In this document: positions 55,248 through 64,000 of the stretch, in pieces | How positions within the stretch are numbered: position 1 is the stretch's first letter | How the letters are laid out: every line of letters starts with the position of its first letter | NCBI GenBank assembly: GCA_963810555.1 | Contig: CAWENX010000022.1 | Coordinates: forward strand, 54,929 to 118,928 | DNA length: 64,000 nucleotides | From: an uncultured Bacteroidia bacterium | Lineage (GTDB): Bacteria; Bacteroidota; Bacteroidia; Bacteroidales; Prolixibacteraceae | Direction: 5' to 3' | The notes under the pieces: generated by a model | Database searches by the model: none | Told to the model about the DNA's origin: nothing | What the model saw: only the letters and a program-made list of their open reading frames with translations | Made by a program: the position numbers and the translations under genes

Positions 55248-55321
55248 ATTGGAGATGGTATAGGGAAAATACAGATTGTTTAGGAGATTGAAGGAATTAT
55301 GAAGGAAGTTTATGATTTTAT

Positions 55322-55329
55322 TATTTTTG
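55322..55329 (+). promoter_or_regulatory. Candidate -7 promoter box (TAnnTTTG)
   Basis: TATTTTTG lies 23 nt upstream of the ATG at 55352. Confidence 0.4.
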
Positions 55330-55351
55330 TCTGTCAACTGACCAATGTAAA

Positions 55352-57205
55352 ATGAAAATCTTTAAAACCTGTTTCTTTTATATCTCAATTATCCTGATCC
55401 TGAGTTCGTGTGTTAAAACATTATCGCTCAGTTCACCGGATAATCAGACGACTATATTCCTGGAACTGAACGAGCAGGGGAAACTGTACTATTCTGTTCA
55501 GTCACATCATATCGAGGCACTGCAAAAATCACAGATGGGGATGGATATCAGTGATTCTTCGCTTGATTTTAATTCGGGGCTGATATTTGTAAAAGAGACT
55601 AAATCATTCATTGATGAAACCTATCGTCTCCCAACCGGGAAGAGATCTGCTTATCGAAACAAAGCCAATGAGACCGTATTTACTTTTAAAAACCGGCATG
55701 ATCAGCTTCTGAAAGTTATATGCAGGGCTTATGACGATGGCATTGCATTTCGCTATGTAGTTGAACGGAAGGGGGATATTACTATAAAGAAAGAAAACAC
55801 CCGTTTCAACATTCCGCAAAATACTCTTTGCTGGATGATGAATTACATCCCGAATTATGAAAATTTCTATCCGAAACGATTGCTTGACACGATAGGTATA
55901 GGGCCTCTCTCCTTTCCTGCCCTTATGCAGATTCATAACAAGCTGTGGATGCTGATGACGGAAGCCTCGGTTTATGATCAGCCGGCCACACATATCCGGA
56001 AGACGGGAAAAGACAATGAACTGGAGATTATACTGCCTGAAGATCAATATACCGTGGACTCAAAGTGGGAATCTCCGTGGCGGACTTTTATTCTTGGCGA
56101 CAGGTTGGGAACGATTGTCGAATCTGTGATGGTCGAGAATCTGAATCCTCCCTCTAAAACAACCGATATGAGCTGGATAGAGCCGGGGCCGGCCGTTTTT
56201 CCGTGGTGGGGCAACTATATGGCCAACAGTTATATCGATACCCTGAAAAGATATGTCGACTTGGCTGCGGAGATGCATTGGAAATGGATCGAATTTGACG
56301 TATCGCTTGTCGGTTCGCCTCTGAGGACTTCAAAACTCTGGGAAACAACACCCTGGTTATCTGAATTCACAGCTTATGCCAAATCCAAGGGTATCAATGT
56401 TTACGGATGGGATGAGATCAATGTATTGAAAACTCAGGAAGGAAGGGATCATGTATTTGGCCGCTACCAGGACCTTGGAATCAAGGGGATCAAGATGGAT
56501 TACATAGATTCAGACAAACAATATGCCATGTGTTTCCGCCGCGATGCGATGAGTGATGCATTGAAAAGGAAAATGATGGTAAGCTTTCATGGTGAGACAG
56601 TTCCTCATGGTCAAAGGCATACCTATCCGAATGTCATGACGCTGGAAGGGGTAAGAGGAGCCGAGTATTACACTTTCAGGACAAAAGGTCCGACTCCTGA
56701 ACACAATTGTACTCTTCCCTTTACCCGTAATGTCGTTGGGCCTATGGATTATACTCCTGTTACCTTTACGATCAGACCTGAGAATCCAAGAAAAACGACC
56801 TATGCACATGAGCTTGCACTTTCAGTCATCTTCGAATCGGGATGGATGGTCATGGCAGACCGTCCGGATGCCTATCTTAAATCACCGGCTAAGGAATTTC
56901 TGCAAAAGATTGAAACTGCGTGGGATGAAACGCGGTTTATAGAGGGTTATCCCGGTGAATATGTATGCCTTGCAAGACGCAAAGGGAACAAGTGGTTCAT
57001 TGCAGGCATCAATGCAGGGAAAGAAAGAAGGATGGAAATTCCGCTTAATTTTATCGGCAAGGGTAATCATGATATTACGATTTATGAGGATAAGCCCGGA
57101 GATGAGATGACCGGTTTGCTTATCCGAAATGAGACGGTCAGTCCCGATAAAACTCTGACGGTAAACATGATGCCAAACGGAGGGTTCTGCACATTGATTG
57201 AATGA
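55352..57205 (+). CDS. Glycoside hydrolase family 97
   Basis: GIKGIKMDYIDSD and FHGETVPHGQRHTYPNVMTLEGVRGAEYY fit the SusB-type GH97 core, with a three-domain size of 617 aa. Confidence 0.85.
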   Translation: MKIFKTCFFYISIILILSSCVKTLSLSSPDNQTTIFLELNEQGKLYYSVQSHHIEALQKSQMGMDISDSSLDFNSGLIFVKETKSFIDETYRLPTGKRSAYRNKANETVFTFKNRHDQLLKVICRAYDDGIAFRYVVERKGDITIKKENTRFNIPQNTLCWMMNYIPNYENFYPKRLLDTIGIGPLSFPALMQIHNKLWMLMTEASVYDQPATHIRKTGKDNELEIILPEDQYTVDSKWESPWRTFILGDRLGTIVESVMVENLNPPSKTTDMSWIEPGPAVFPWWGNYMANSYIDTLKRYVDLAAEMHWKWIEFDVSLVGSPLRTSKLWETTPWLSEFTAYAKSKGINVYGWDEINVLKTQEGRDHVFGRYQDLGIKGIKMDYIDSDKQYAMCFRRDAMSDALKRKMMVSFHGETVPHGQRHTYPNVMTLEGVRGAEYYTFRTKGPTPEHNCTLPFTRNVVGPMDYTPVTFTIRPENPRKTTYAHELALSVIFESGWMVMADRPDAYLKSPAKEFLQKIETAWDETRFIEGYPGEYVCLARRKGNKWFIAGINAGKERRMEIPLNFIGKGNHDITIYEDKPGDEMTGLLIRNETVSPDKTLTVNMMPNGGFCTLIE

Positions 57206-57215
57206 TGCATAAATT

Positions 57216-57294
57216 ACAGAGTTCAGAGTTCAGGGTTTCAGAGTTTCGGAGTCTTTGGAACTGAAACACTGGAACACTGAAACATTGAAACACT
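57216..57294. repeat. Stutter tract (CAGAGTT / GAAACAC units)
   Basis: ACAGAGTTCAGAGTTCAGGGTTTCAGAGTTTCGGAGTC...GGAACTGAAACACTGGAACACTGAAACATTGAAACAC. The arms are partly complementary. Confidence 0.75.
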
Positions 57295-57303
57295 TTGATA
57301 ACA

Positions 57304-58395
57304 ATGCGTGAGGATCTGCTGAGATGCCTGAGACGACAAGGATTTGAAATGGTTCACAGGGATTTTGTTTTCTGTGAGTCACAGATAGAAAGATTCAAAA
57401 AAAGGTTCGGGCATCCGGATTATGAAACTTATTTCGGACTGTCGCACCGTAAGCTTGAGATTCCTGTCAAAAGAAACTATACTGACGGCCGAAAACAGTT
57501 CCCCCGCGAGGTTTTACCGGAGAGCACTGTTTTTGATGAATATGGCATAGGACATTCGAAAGGTTCGCCTGCAGCATTCCATATGACAAGGATGCACCAC
57601 CCGCTTAAGGGGGCAGGATTGAAGGAGATTGAGGATTATCCTTATCCGACAGTAGATGAACCGAGGCTGGAGGAATTCCAAAATGAGATAAAGGCATTAA
57701 AAGAGAGAGGATTGGCATCCCTTGGTTTTATGCAGATGACGGTATGGGAGGCCTCATGGTATCTGCGCTCAATGGAAGAGCTGATGATTGATATGATGAC
57801 GGAGAGTGAAGCGGCTACCCTCCTTATTGATAATATCACTGATTTTGCATGTTCAAAGGCAAGGCATATGCTCTTGCAGGAACAGATATCCTGTCTGTTG
57901 GAGATGACATCGGGACACAGACAACAATTATGCTCGATGTGGAGTTATGGGAGAAATGGTTACAGCCAAGATTATTAAGGTGATCAAGACCGCAAAAGAG
58001 ATATAATCCCTCAATACTCTATTCATTATCATTCATGCGGTTACATAATTCCTTTTATCGATAAGCTGATTGAATCAGGAGTCGATATTCTGAATCCCAT
58101 CCAGCCTGAATGCATGTCTTTTGAGGAGGTTCATGATCATTGGGGTGAGCGGCTTTCATTTTGGGGAACACTCGGCACCCAGCAGCTTCTGCCATATGGA
58201 ACTGCAAAAGAAGTATATGATCAGACAATAGCCAATCTAAGGAAGTGCGGCAGGAAAGGGGGTATTGTTATTGGCCCCACTCATATGGTGGAACCGGAAG
58301 TACCGTGGGAAAATATTGTTGCAGTCATTTCGGCAATTGAGGAATTTGGTAACTGGCAAATGGTAAACAATAGAAAGTTTTCATGTAATTCGTAA
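57304..58395 (+). pseudogene. Uroporphyrinogen decarboxylase (URO-D/MtaA-like) family gene with three -1 frameshifts
   Basis: Frame 1 runs to about 57861. Frame 3 then encodes AYALAGTDILSVGDDIGTQTTIMLDVELWEKWLQPRL, frame 2 encodes KVIKTAKE, and frame 1 resumes with IPQYSIHYHSCGYIIPFIDKLIESGVDILNPIQPECMSFEEVH... The shifts lie near 57861, 57976 and 58000. Confidence 0.7.
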
Positions 58396-58435
58396 TAATT
58401 CGTGAATCGAAGATCAGCGTAGCTAAATCAAAAAA

Positions 58436-60004
58436 ATGAAATTTACACTTCCCGATATCATAGTTTTTCTGATTTATTGTGCTATTGTGGTTAGTGTGGG
58501 GATTGTGATCTCGCGACAGGTCAATAAAAAGAAAGATTCAAAGAATTATTTCTTTGCGGGCAACTCTCTGCCCTGGTATCTTGTAGGAAGTTCAATTTTA
58601 GCCGCCAACATTTCGGCAGAGCAGTTTGTGGGAATGTCAGGATCGGCTTTTGCCATGGGACTGACAATAGCGACATACGAATGGCTTGGTTCTGTAATTC
58701 TGATTTTGGTGGCCATTTGGTTTTTACCGGTATTTGTCCATAAAGGTATCCTCACCATGCCCCAGTTTCTTGAGGTCAGGTATAATCACCGGATAAAAAC
58801 AGTACTGGCCATTTTCTGGCTCTTCCTGTTTGTATTCATCAATCTTACTTCAATTCTTTATCTTGGAGCACTTTCACTGAAAACAGTCTTCGGAATCAAA
58901 CTGGGCTATGCTATTACAGGCCTCGCCATCTTTTGCATTTTCATCACTGTCGGGGGAGGACTAAAAACCATCGCCAATACTGATATGATCCAGGTTGTCT
59001 TTCTGATTCTGGGCGGATTGACAACAACTTATCTTGCCCTGAAAACAATCGGAGACGGAAATGGTATAATAAGCGGATTATCAACGATGATGGTAAAAGC
59101 CCCCGATAAATTCCATATGATTTTGTCTCCCTCAGATCCCAATTACAAATATATGCCTGGAATAAGATCTATACTTGGCGGGATATGGATCGCGGGAATC
59201 TATTATTTTGGAGCCAACCAGTATATCATCCAAAAGGCACTGGGATCAAAGAATCTTCAGGAAGCACAGAGAGGGATGGTATTTGCAGGCTATTTGAAAT
59301 TAATCGTTCCGATTCTTGTGGTAATTCCCGGAATCGCAGCCTTTGTCCTGAAAGCGGATATTGCCACTCCTAACGAAGCTTATCCATGGCTGCTGGACAG
59401 ATTTGTACCCACCGGCATAAAAGGATTCGTTTTTGCGGCCCTGATAGCTGCCATTGTTTCATCACTGGCAGCAATTGTCAACAGTGCTGCAACTATTTTT
59501 TCAATAGATATTTATAAAGTACACTTCAGACCGAGGATTTCAGAAGAAAACCTTGTAACAACAGGCAGGATTGCAAGTGTAATCATTGTGGCAGCGGCAG
59601 CTTCGATTGCCTCGTTTCTGTCCGGCATTCAGCAGGTTTTTCAGTTTATCCAGGAATACACTGGATTGATAAGTCCGGGTATCAGTGCAATGTTTGTGCT
59701 TGGGCTCTTCTGGAAAAAGACCACAGCTCATGCTGCATGGATTGCTGTCTTATTGACTTTGCCGGTACCGCTGGTATTGAAGTGGATTTATCCTGAATTG
59801 CCGTTCCTGGATAATATGGTTGTTTCATTTATAGTGATCAGCCTGCAGATGATAGTTGTTTCACTTTGGGATAACCATAAAAAATTGCAGACAAGTGAAT
59901 GGGAATTGCCTGCAGGGATATTCAGAATGAAAGACCAGAAGTTTATCTGGTTTTCAATAATAATGATTTTTATTCTTTGCTTATTATATTTTGTCTTCTG
60001 GTAA
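58436..60004 (+). CDS. Sodium:solute symporter (SSS family)
   Basis: 13-14 TM helices. The N-terminal YFFAGNSLPWYLVGSSILAANISAEQFVGMSG is typical of SGLT/SSS transporters. Confidence 0.9.
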   Translation: MKFTLPDIIVFLIYCAIVVSVGIVISRQVNKKKDSKNYFFAGNSLPWYLVGSSILAANISAEQFVGMSGSAFAMGLTIATYEWLGSVILILVAIWFLPVFVHKGILTMPQFLEVRYNHRIKTVLAIFWLFLFVFINLTSILYLGALSLKTVFGIKLGYAITGLAIFCIFITVGGGLKTIANTDMIQVVFLILGGLTTTYLALKTIGDGNGIISGLSTMMVKAPDKFHMILSPSDPNYKYMPGIRSILGGIWIAGIYYFGANQYIIQKALGSKNLQEAQRGMVFAGYLKLIVPILVVIPGIAAFVLKADIATPNEAYPWLLDRFVPTGIKGFVFAALIAAIVSSLAAIVNSAATIFSIDIYKVHFRPRISEENLVTTGRIASVIIVAAAASIASFLSGIQQVFQFIQEYTGLISPGISAMFVLGLFWKKTTAHAAWIAVLLTLPVPLVLKWIYPELPFLDNMVVSFIVISLQMIVVSLWDNHKKLQTSEWELPAGIFRMKDQKFIWFSIIMIFILCLLYFVFW

Positions 60005-60038
60005 AATCAGTCTCCTCTGTAAAGAATTTCAGATATTT

Positions 60039-63017
60039 CTACCAGAAAGTTCCCTTAAACTGACCGTTGGAAGAAGACTGCAATAAATGAATTAACTGCG
60101 GAAGGTCTTCATAATGGTTAAGACGAACCCCTGATGCACCTCCGCCAGGATGAACCTCAACAAATTCCTGTACGGGCGGGGTCAGTTGAAATCGTTTGTA
60201 GAATGCTGAACGAATAAATTGTTTAACCTCTTTCGGGTCAGCTTTTGTTTTATCAATATGAACCTGAAAATAGTCCCCCTGTCCGGCAGCATTTACCCTT
60301 ACGGCTACTGCATCATTCCCAAAAGCACGTTTGAGCATGGCTTCAGCGAGATCAATCAGAGCCAGTCCTCTGAAGAAATTTGTACTTCTTAATCTATGGA
60401 ATTCAGGGAAATTCGGACTCCTGAGCGATTCATCATCCAGCCCGTAATTGAAATTAAAGGGTTTCGCATCACATCTTTCCATCCAAAGGTTCATGAGCTG
60501 TTCTCCGGCGAGTCCCCGTTCCCAATCCTGTTCTTTCATCATTTCATCTTTCGGAGGAAGCTGATCCGGAGAGATATCAAAACAACAATCTCCTTTTTGT
60601 GAAAGAGTTACATATTCAATCCATTTTTCGGGGTGATGGATCAGATAAAAATTTTTAGCCACTTCAGCGAAAAGATATGCAAGGATGGCTCTCATTGGGA
60701 TTCCTTCTTCTTCAACGACTTCACCTGAAATCTCTGTACGTTTGAGAAAAGGATCGTGCCAACCCTCAAAGAGCGATCCAAATGTCGTATCCGCTTTTAT
60801 TTCGGCAGCATTCTTATCAATGCCGTTTTGTTCAATTAACTGCTCAATATACCATTCGCGGTTTGAATATACTTTCTGTTTCAGATCTTCCTGTTTGATC
60901 AGCAAGGGTATTTGCAATAAAATCGAAGATATCAAAGAACTGTTTTCCTTATTCAGAAGACCATCTTCAACAAGGTCAGATTCGATCAGTTTAAAAAAGT
61001 CGGTCTCCAAGGGTAAACCTGTCAGAATAGCCGAAATCTCAGCAGTTTTTCCTGTCATCTTACGAATTTCCATAGTCGTAAGACGATCTGATCCTGCAGA
61101 TTCTGCATACCTTCCCCATGACCAACGCCATGCGCTTCGGTCACGTTCGACAGTATATGGGAATATGATCTGGAAACGGTTATAAGGAATCGGATAAGTA
61201 CCAATTATCTTGTAATTATCTTTAGGATTGGAAGAAATAAGTGTTCCTTTTCCTGCCTGTCCTTTTTGTTCAGTGGCCTGGTCCAACGATCCTGCCCGCA
61301 CACCGGTCCCGTATTCAGCCTGACAAGCAAGATGTACAAGAAGATCAGGGGGAATGCCAAGATTGAAAAGGGCGTTAATTGCATTTTTTGTTGCAACAGT
61401 AACAGCAGAAGAACTGGAGAATCCTCCCTGGGGAATATTGCCAGTAGAAACGAGCCATAATCCTTTAAATTTGTTCCATCCGAGACATTCCTGAACTTTC
61501 GCTCCCAGATTGCCGGTACGTAAAGTCCTGAGTGAGGCTATTGCATTACCAACCAGAGTAAATGGCCTCCTCATATTGTTTGACACTCTCAGGGATACAG
61601 GCGGTAAAGGCCGATTTTTTTTCCGCCGCTCTTCCAGTTCCTCATCACTAAAATATCCCAGTGACTGAAGAAGTCCTTCACTCATCCTTGTGCCAAACTT
61701 CTCGTATGTATTCATATCAGAAATGTCTTCACCCGGATACATTGAATTATCATCAGCCGGAATGGAGTCCAGACTTTCACGGTATTCTTTGTTTTTGGGG
61801 ATCAGGTGTATTCTGTGATCTTCTGCCTCCTGAACCAGAATGACTATTTGTTCATCTCCGTCAACATCATTTGCTCCGATTGGCATTTGCCATGCAGGTC
61901 CGTAAAAACGGGCCATGTCGGGATGCATGATCGCAATTCTTAGTCGTCCTCCGGAAATGCCGATTCCTACCGGTTTGCCCTGTTCAAACAGCAGTTTCTT
62001 TTTTCTGACCATTGTCATCAAATCATCCATCTGGCGTGCAATTGAAGCAATCTGACCTGAAGAGCGGCCACTCACAATTGCATTCGCAGCATTCTGAACT
62101 TCAACTTCCTCAGGGATAAGTAAATGTAAATTTGAAGAAAGTGTACCTTCTATTTGAGCCAAATCCAAAGGACGGGTTACATCCGAACAAAGCAAATCAT
62201 AATCAGGATCTTTTACCGTAGTCGTAATCGTTCTTACTTCACCGCCTGATGCACTTACAGATTCTACAAGGTCAGTCAGATAATACTGAGACTGCATATT
62301 GTCATTGGTAAAGTTTTGCAAATGCTGATACAATTTTAAGGCCCTTATACAGTAAAGAGGACAGTTCCCTTCTGTCAGGTTAAAGAGTTTCTGAGAAGTT
62401 GGCCTATCCTGTATTGAAAGGATATCTTTTTCTTCGATAATCTTAGTCACACGTCCATTTTCATCACGAACCACACGACCCTTGCCCTGATTTTTGGGCG
62501 GTTCGTATTCCGCTGAAAGAAAAGTGAGGTCTGCTTCGCTGTTGCCAGACTGATGCATCTTTAAAAGATTCCGAAATACTGACGGGGGCACAATCCGATC
62601 TCCCATTGTAACAATCAGCAGCGGATTCTTTTCAAGCAAGCCCGGAACGCATAAAGCCTCAAAAGCTGCGAAGGCCGTACCTCCTTTAGGATTATCCGAT
62701 AAAACATATATGTTGTCATCACCAAGAGCAGCAGATACTTCCTGATACTTGTAACCCACAATGGAAATTGACGGAGATTTAAATATCCGATGAAATGCAT
62801 CAATGGAATAGCGTGCCAAAGGAATGCCATTTACTTTCTGAATGCATTTGGGTTCCACGCCAAAACGAGTACCCATACCCGCAACAAGATTGACCAGAAC
62901 GGGCAGATCCGAAGAGATGAGGTTCGGTATGCTAAAATCTCTGTGATTGATTATCTTATTTTCAGTTAACTTTACAGCATTCTCAAGAGAAATAGTAATT
63001 GACTGTTTTTTTTTCAT
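60039..63017 (-). CDS. Bifunctional sugar-1-phosphate nucleotidylyltransferase / GHMP sugar kinase fusion (Fkp-like architecture)
   Basis: The N-terminus has VAGMGTRFG..PKC.Q.V.G.P, GGTA.A and TMGDRIVP, which fit the NTP_transferase fold. The C-terminal half has IPQGGFSSSSAVTVA (GHMP motif II) and LACQAEYGTGVRAGSLDQATEQ (galactokinase-like motif). Confidence 0.7.
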   Translation of the reverse strand: MKKKQSITISLENAVKLTENKIINHRDFSIPNLISSDLPVLVNLVAGMGTRFGVEPKCIQKVNGIPLARYSIDAFHRIFKSPSISIVGYKYQEVSAALGDDNIYVLSDNPKGGTAFAAFEALCVPGLLEKNPLLIVTMGDRIVPPSVFRNLLKMHQSGNSEADLTFLSAEYEPPKNQGKGRVVRDENGRVTKIIEEKDILSIQDRPTSQKLFNLTEGNCPLYCIRALKLYQHLQNFTNDNMQSQYYLTDLVESVSASGGEVRTITTTVKDPDYDLLCSDVTRPLDLAQIEGTLSSNLHLLIPEEVEVQNAANAIVSGRSSGQIASIARQMDDLMTMVRKKKLLFEQGKPVGIGISGGRLRIAIMHPDMARFYGPAWQMPIGANDVDGDEQIVILVQEAEDHRIHLIPKNKEYRESLDSIPADDNSMYPGEDISDMNTYEKFGTRMSEGLLQSLGYFSDEELEERRKKNRPLPPVSLRVSNNMRRPFTLVGNAIASLRTLRTGNLGAKVQECLGWNKFKGLWLVSTGNIPQGGFSSSSAVTVATKNAINALFNLGIPPDLLVHLACQAEYGTGVRAGSLDQATEQKGQAGKGTLISSNPKDNYKIIGTYPIPYNRFQIIFPYTVERDRSAWRWSWGRYAESAGSDRLTTMEIRKMTGKTAEISAILTGLPLETDFFKLIESDLVEDGLLNKENSSLISSILLQIPLLIKQEDLKQKVYSNREWYIEQLIEQNGIDKNAAEIKADTTFGSLFEGWHDPFLKRTEISGEVVEEEGIPMRAILAYLFAEVAKNFYLIHHPEKWIEYVTLSQKGDCCFDISPDQLPPKDEMMKEQDWERGLAGEQLMNLWMERCDAKPFNFNYGLDDESLRSPNFPEFHRLRSTNFFRGLALIDLAEAMLKRAFGNDAVAVRVNAAGQGDYFQVHIDKTKADPKEVKQFIRSAFYKRFQLTPPVQEFVEVHPGGGASGVRLNHYEDLPQLIHLLQSSSNGQFKGTFW

Positions 63018-63277
63018 ATAAATTAATTACAAGTTTCGGATGATTTGATTTAATATACGATTTATTTCGGACTATCCAAATTAAATTAAATTACGAATAA
63101 CGAATCAAATAATCAATGATCAGTAAGCAGTGCATCCTCAATAAAAAAACGCGCGAATCCTGCAAGTGCCGGTTTAAAGGTTGTCCCGAAAGTTTTCGGA
63201 ACAACCATGTAATTTTTAGTTACGATGAAAGAATAGAACGAAAAGAAACTTCGATTAAGCAAAATAATTAAAATCCG

Positions 63278-64000
63278 AATGAGAAAATTTGTATTGCCGA
63301 TTATACTGATAAGTATTTTACTGGCTTCCTGTTCAACAACTCCCAAAAAACCGAAAGGGAAAGTTGTATTCACAAGTATTTTGCCCATTAAATATTTTAC
63401 GGATAAGATAGTCGGTGACCGTTATGACGTTGAAGTCATGGTGCCTCCGGGATTTGGACCCGAAACTTATTCACCGTCGCCAAAACAGATAACAATGCTG
63501 AGCGAGGCCGATGCTTATTTTGCTATTGGCTTCCTTGGATTTGAACCTGACCTTCTTCGAAAGTTGCCCTCAATCAATAAGAATATTAAAATATTTCTGG
63601 TATCGAAAGGTATCGATCTCATAAGGGATTTTGAAGATGAACATGCTGGTCCTGACGAGACAAAGGGAATTGATCCCCACATCTGGGAATCTCCAAAAGA
63701 AGCAAGGATTATATCAAAAAACATTTGCGAAGGGATGAAGATTGTCGATCCTGATCACAGAGAATATTATGACAAAAATCTGCAAAGCTTATTAAGAGAA
63801 ATCAGCAAAATCGATTCAACCGTTACAGCTATTCTTTCCAAAGCGGCCGTCAGGAAGTTCGTTATCTTTCATCCCTCTTTAGGTTATTTTGCCCGTGATT
63901 ACGGGCTCGAACAGTTGCCCATTGAATATGAAGGCAAAGTTCCTTCGCCAAAACATATGCAGGAATTGATTGATAAAGCCCGTTCAGAGAATATAAAAAT
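63278..64000 (+). CDS. Metal ABC transporter substrate-binding lipoprotein (ZnuA/TroA family), 3' end outside the window
   Basis: It is absent from the ORF track because it runs off the end of the window. MRKFVLPIILISILLASC carries a lipobox. Further matches are VVFTSILP, ETYSPSPKQ, ADAYFAIG, DPHIWESP and FHPSLGYFARDYGL. Confidence 0.85.

Noticed and set aside
63113-63388. A 91-aa minus-strand ORF.
   Set aside because: It overlaps the start of the ZnuA-like lipoprotein gene (63278 onward), which has a lipobox and family motifs. The minus-strand ORF is low-complexity.

Overview
The window looks like a Bacteroidota chromosome segment at about 40% GC. Support for that call: no Shine-Dalgarno signals, TAnnTTTG-type -7 boxes, the conserved dut / TPR / DUF4292 / M23 gene order, and many CAZymes. 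All functional calls come from reading the supplied translations and recognising motifs; no database search was run.

Layout:
- 1-7.3 kb: a compact phage-, satellite- or integrative-element-like island. It carries two excisionase-type HTH proteins, a fused AEP primase-helicase, an iteron-rich AT-rich putative origin, a DUF6266-like protein, a small lipoprotein/membrane protein, an orphan Ku homolog and an M15 cell-wall peptidase. Its left end lies outside the window. No integrase, capsid or terminase is recognisable.
- 7.4-22 kb: housekeeping genes. These are tkt, rpiB, quinol-type NO reductase plus an FNR-like flavoprotein, Mug-like glycosylase, dut, TPR / DUF4292 / M23, and a frameshifted transaldolase-like gene.
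- 22-31 kb: an ArsP-like permease, then a PadR / small Cys-His protein / CzcA / TolC / CzcB / CzcD metal efflux cluster.
- 31-35 kb: panE and secreted proteins.
- 35-63 kb: a glycan-utilisation cluster with no SusC/SusD in the window. Members are GH127-like, CE4-like, GH2, GH105, a beta-helix protein, GH99/WbsX-like, GH140-like, SASA esterase, GH97, an SSS symporter and a 992-aa nucleotidyltransferase-GHMP kinase fusion. Toxin-antitoxin modules are interspersed: MNT/HEPN is intact and two RelE/ParE toxins are degraded.
- 63.3 kb to the end: a partial ZnuA-like gene.

Two features run across the whole window:
- Intergenic DNA is unusually repeat-rich. It contains low-complexity 'stutter' palindromes, a GTAGAGACGC..GCGTCTCTAC hairpin family that also sits in frame inside three ORFs, a roughly 160-nt repeat, and stop-codon-proximal hairpin modules.
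- Gene disruption is frequent: at least 11 single-base indels and one nonsense codon spread over 7 genes. These could be real decay or assembly error.

No rRNA, tRNA or CRISPR array was found.
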